Shown one piece after another: positions 53,781 to 54,283 of a DNA stretch of 54,283 bases; position 1 is the first letter of the stretch, and the number at the start of each line of letters is the position of its first letter. The notes under the pieces were generated by a model. It saw nothing but the letters and a program-made list of their open reading frames with translations. It made no database searches and was not told the origin of the DNA. The DNA lies in the NCBI GenBank assembly GCA_964440365.1, contig CAYTRX010000001.1, positions 12,180 to 66,462 on the forward strand, read 5' to 3'. This DNA is from an uncultured Gammaproteobacteria bacterium (GTDB lineage: Bacteria > Patescibacteriota > Patescibacteriia > Patescibacteriales > UBA12465). The translations under genes and the position numbers were made by a program.

Positions 53781-54283
53781 ATGCTTAGAAAAATGTTTAA
53801 AAACAATAAAAAGGCATTTACTATAGTAGAGCTAATTGTAGTAATTTTTATTATATCTATTTTAGCAGGAATAATTATTACCTCTTTAAATAGTAGTAGA
53901 ATAAATTCTCGAGACACTAAAAGAATTACTGATGTTAAACAGTTACAAGCAGCTCTAGAATTATATCAAGCTAAAAATAAAACTTACCCTTTATCTTTGG
54001 ATGAACTATCTCCTAAATATATAACTACTCTTCCAATTGCCCCCACTCCTAATGATGGTAATTGTGGTGATGGTGATAATACTTATACTTATTCTTCGGA
54101 TGGAAAAACTTATTCTATTAGTTTTTGTTTAGGTTTAGCTTTAGCTGGTTATAATAAAGGTTTAAATATAGCTGTACCAACGGGTATAGGTTTTTCTTTA
54201 CCATTACCACCATCACCAATAAATCCAGATCAAGATTATGATGCTATCCATACCCTAACTTTTGATGAGTCTAGTATTGGTCA
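53781..54283 (+). CDS. Type IV pilin / pseudopilin-like protein with a prepilin-type N-terminal methylation motif (runs off the right edge)
   Basis: My own translation: MLRKMFKNNKKAFTIVELIVVIFIISILAGIIITSLNSSRINSRDTKRITDVKQLQAALELYQ... It shows a class III signal (KKA|FTIVEL, Glu at +5) plus a hydrophobic helix. Confidence 0.8.
   Translation, partial: MLRKMFKNNKKAFTIVELIVVIFIISILAGIIITSLNSSRINSRDTKRITDVKQLQAALELYQAKNKTYPLSLDELSPKYITTLPIAPTPNDGNCGDGDNTYTYSSDGKTYSISFCLGLALAGYNKGLNIAVPTGIGFSLPLPPSPINPDQDYDAIHTLTFDESSIG

Overview
This is a strongly AT-rich, gene-dense bacterial chromosome segment. Long ORFs stay intact under the standard code, so no TGA recoding is needed. The gene content fits a Patescibacteria/CPR-type genome: a short HrcA, a short YidC, a bacterial Elp3 homologue, type IV pilus parts, and FISUMP-domain and T4SS-pilin-like anchored surface proteins. 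The window covers the replication-origin neighbourhood. yidC-yidD-rnpA-rpmH lie on the minus strand and rplS, two tRNAs, dnaA and dnaN on the plus strand, with the gene-strand switch at about 48.9-49.3 kb. To the left lie hrcA-grpE (with a perfect CIRCE operator), ftsA-ftsZ, pilD, secDF, clpP, sugar-nucleotide genes, recQ, folD-glyA and envelope/glycan genes. Three things stand out. (1) A gene-free, extremely AT-rich spacer (44.2-46.8 kb) carries eight copies of a 16-bp palindrome, TGTTCTRCGNRGAACA, that closely resembles the chromosomal centromere site parS. An intact IS3-family element with a 4-bp target duplication interrupts this array. (2) A four-gene minus-strand surface-protein locus (10.7-23.7 kb) is dominated by a 2653-aa protein, described in the findings. 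A 962-aa neighbour ends in the same FISUMP module, and two membrane proteins carry thrombospondin-type-3-like Ca-binding repeats. (3) Several housekeeping genes show unusual architecture: SecD has a parvulin-like insertion, FtsZ has a duplicated C-terminal FtsA-binding peptide, and rplS is preceded by a tandemly duplicated consensus promoter. All functional calls come from reading the translations and motifs by eye. No database search was run.
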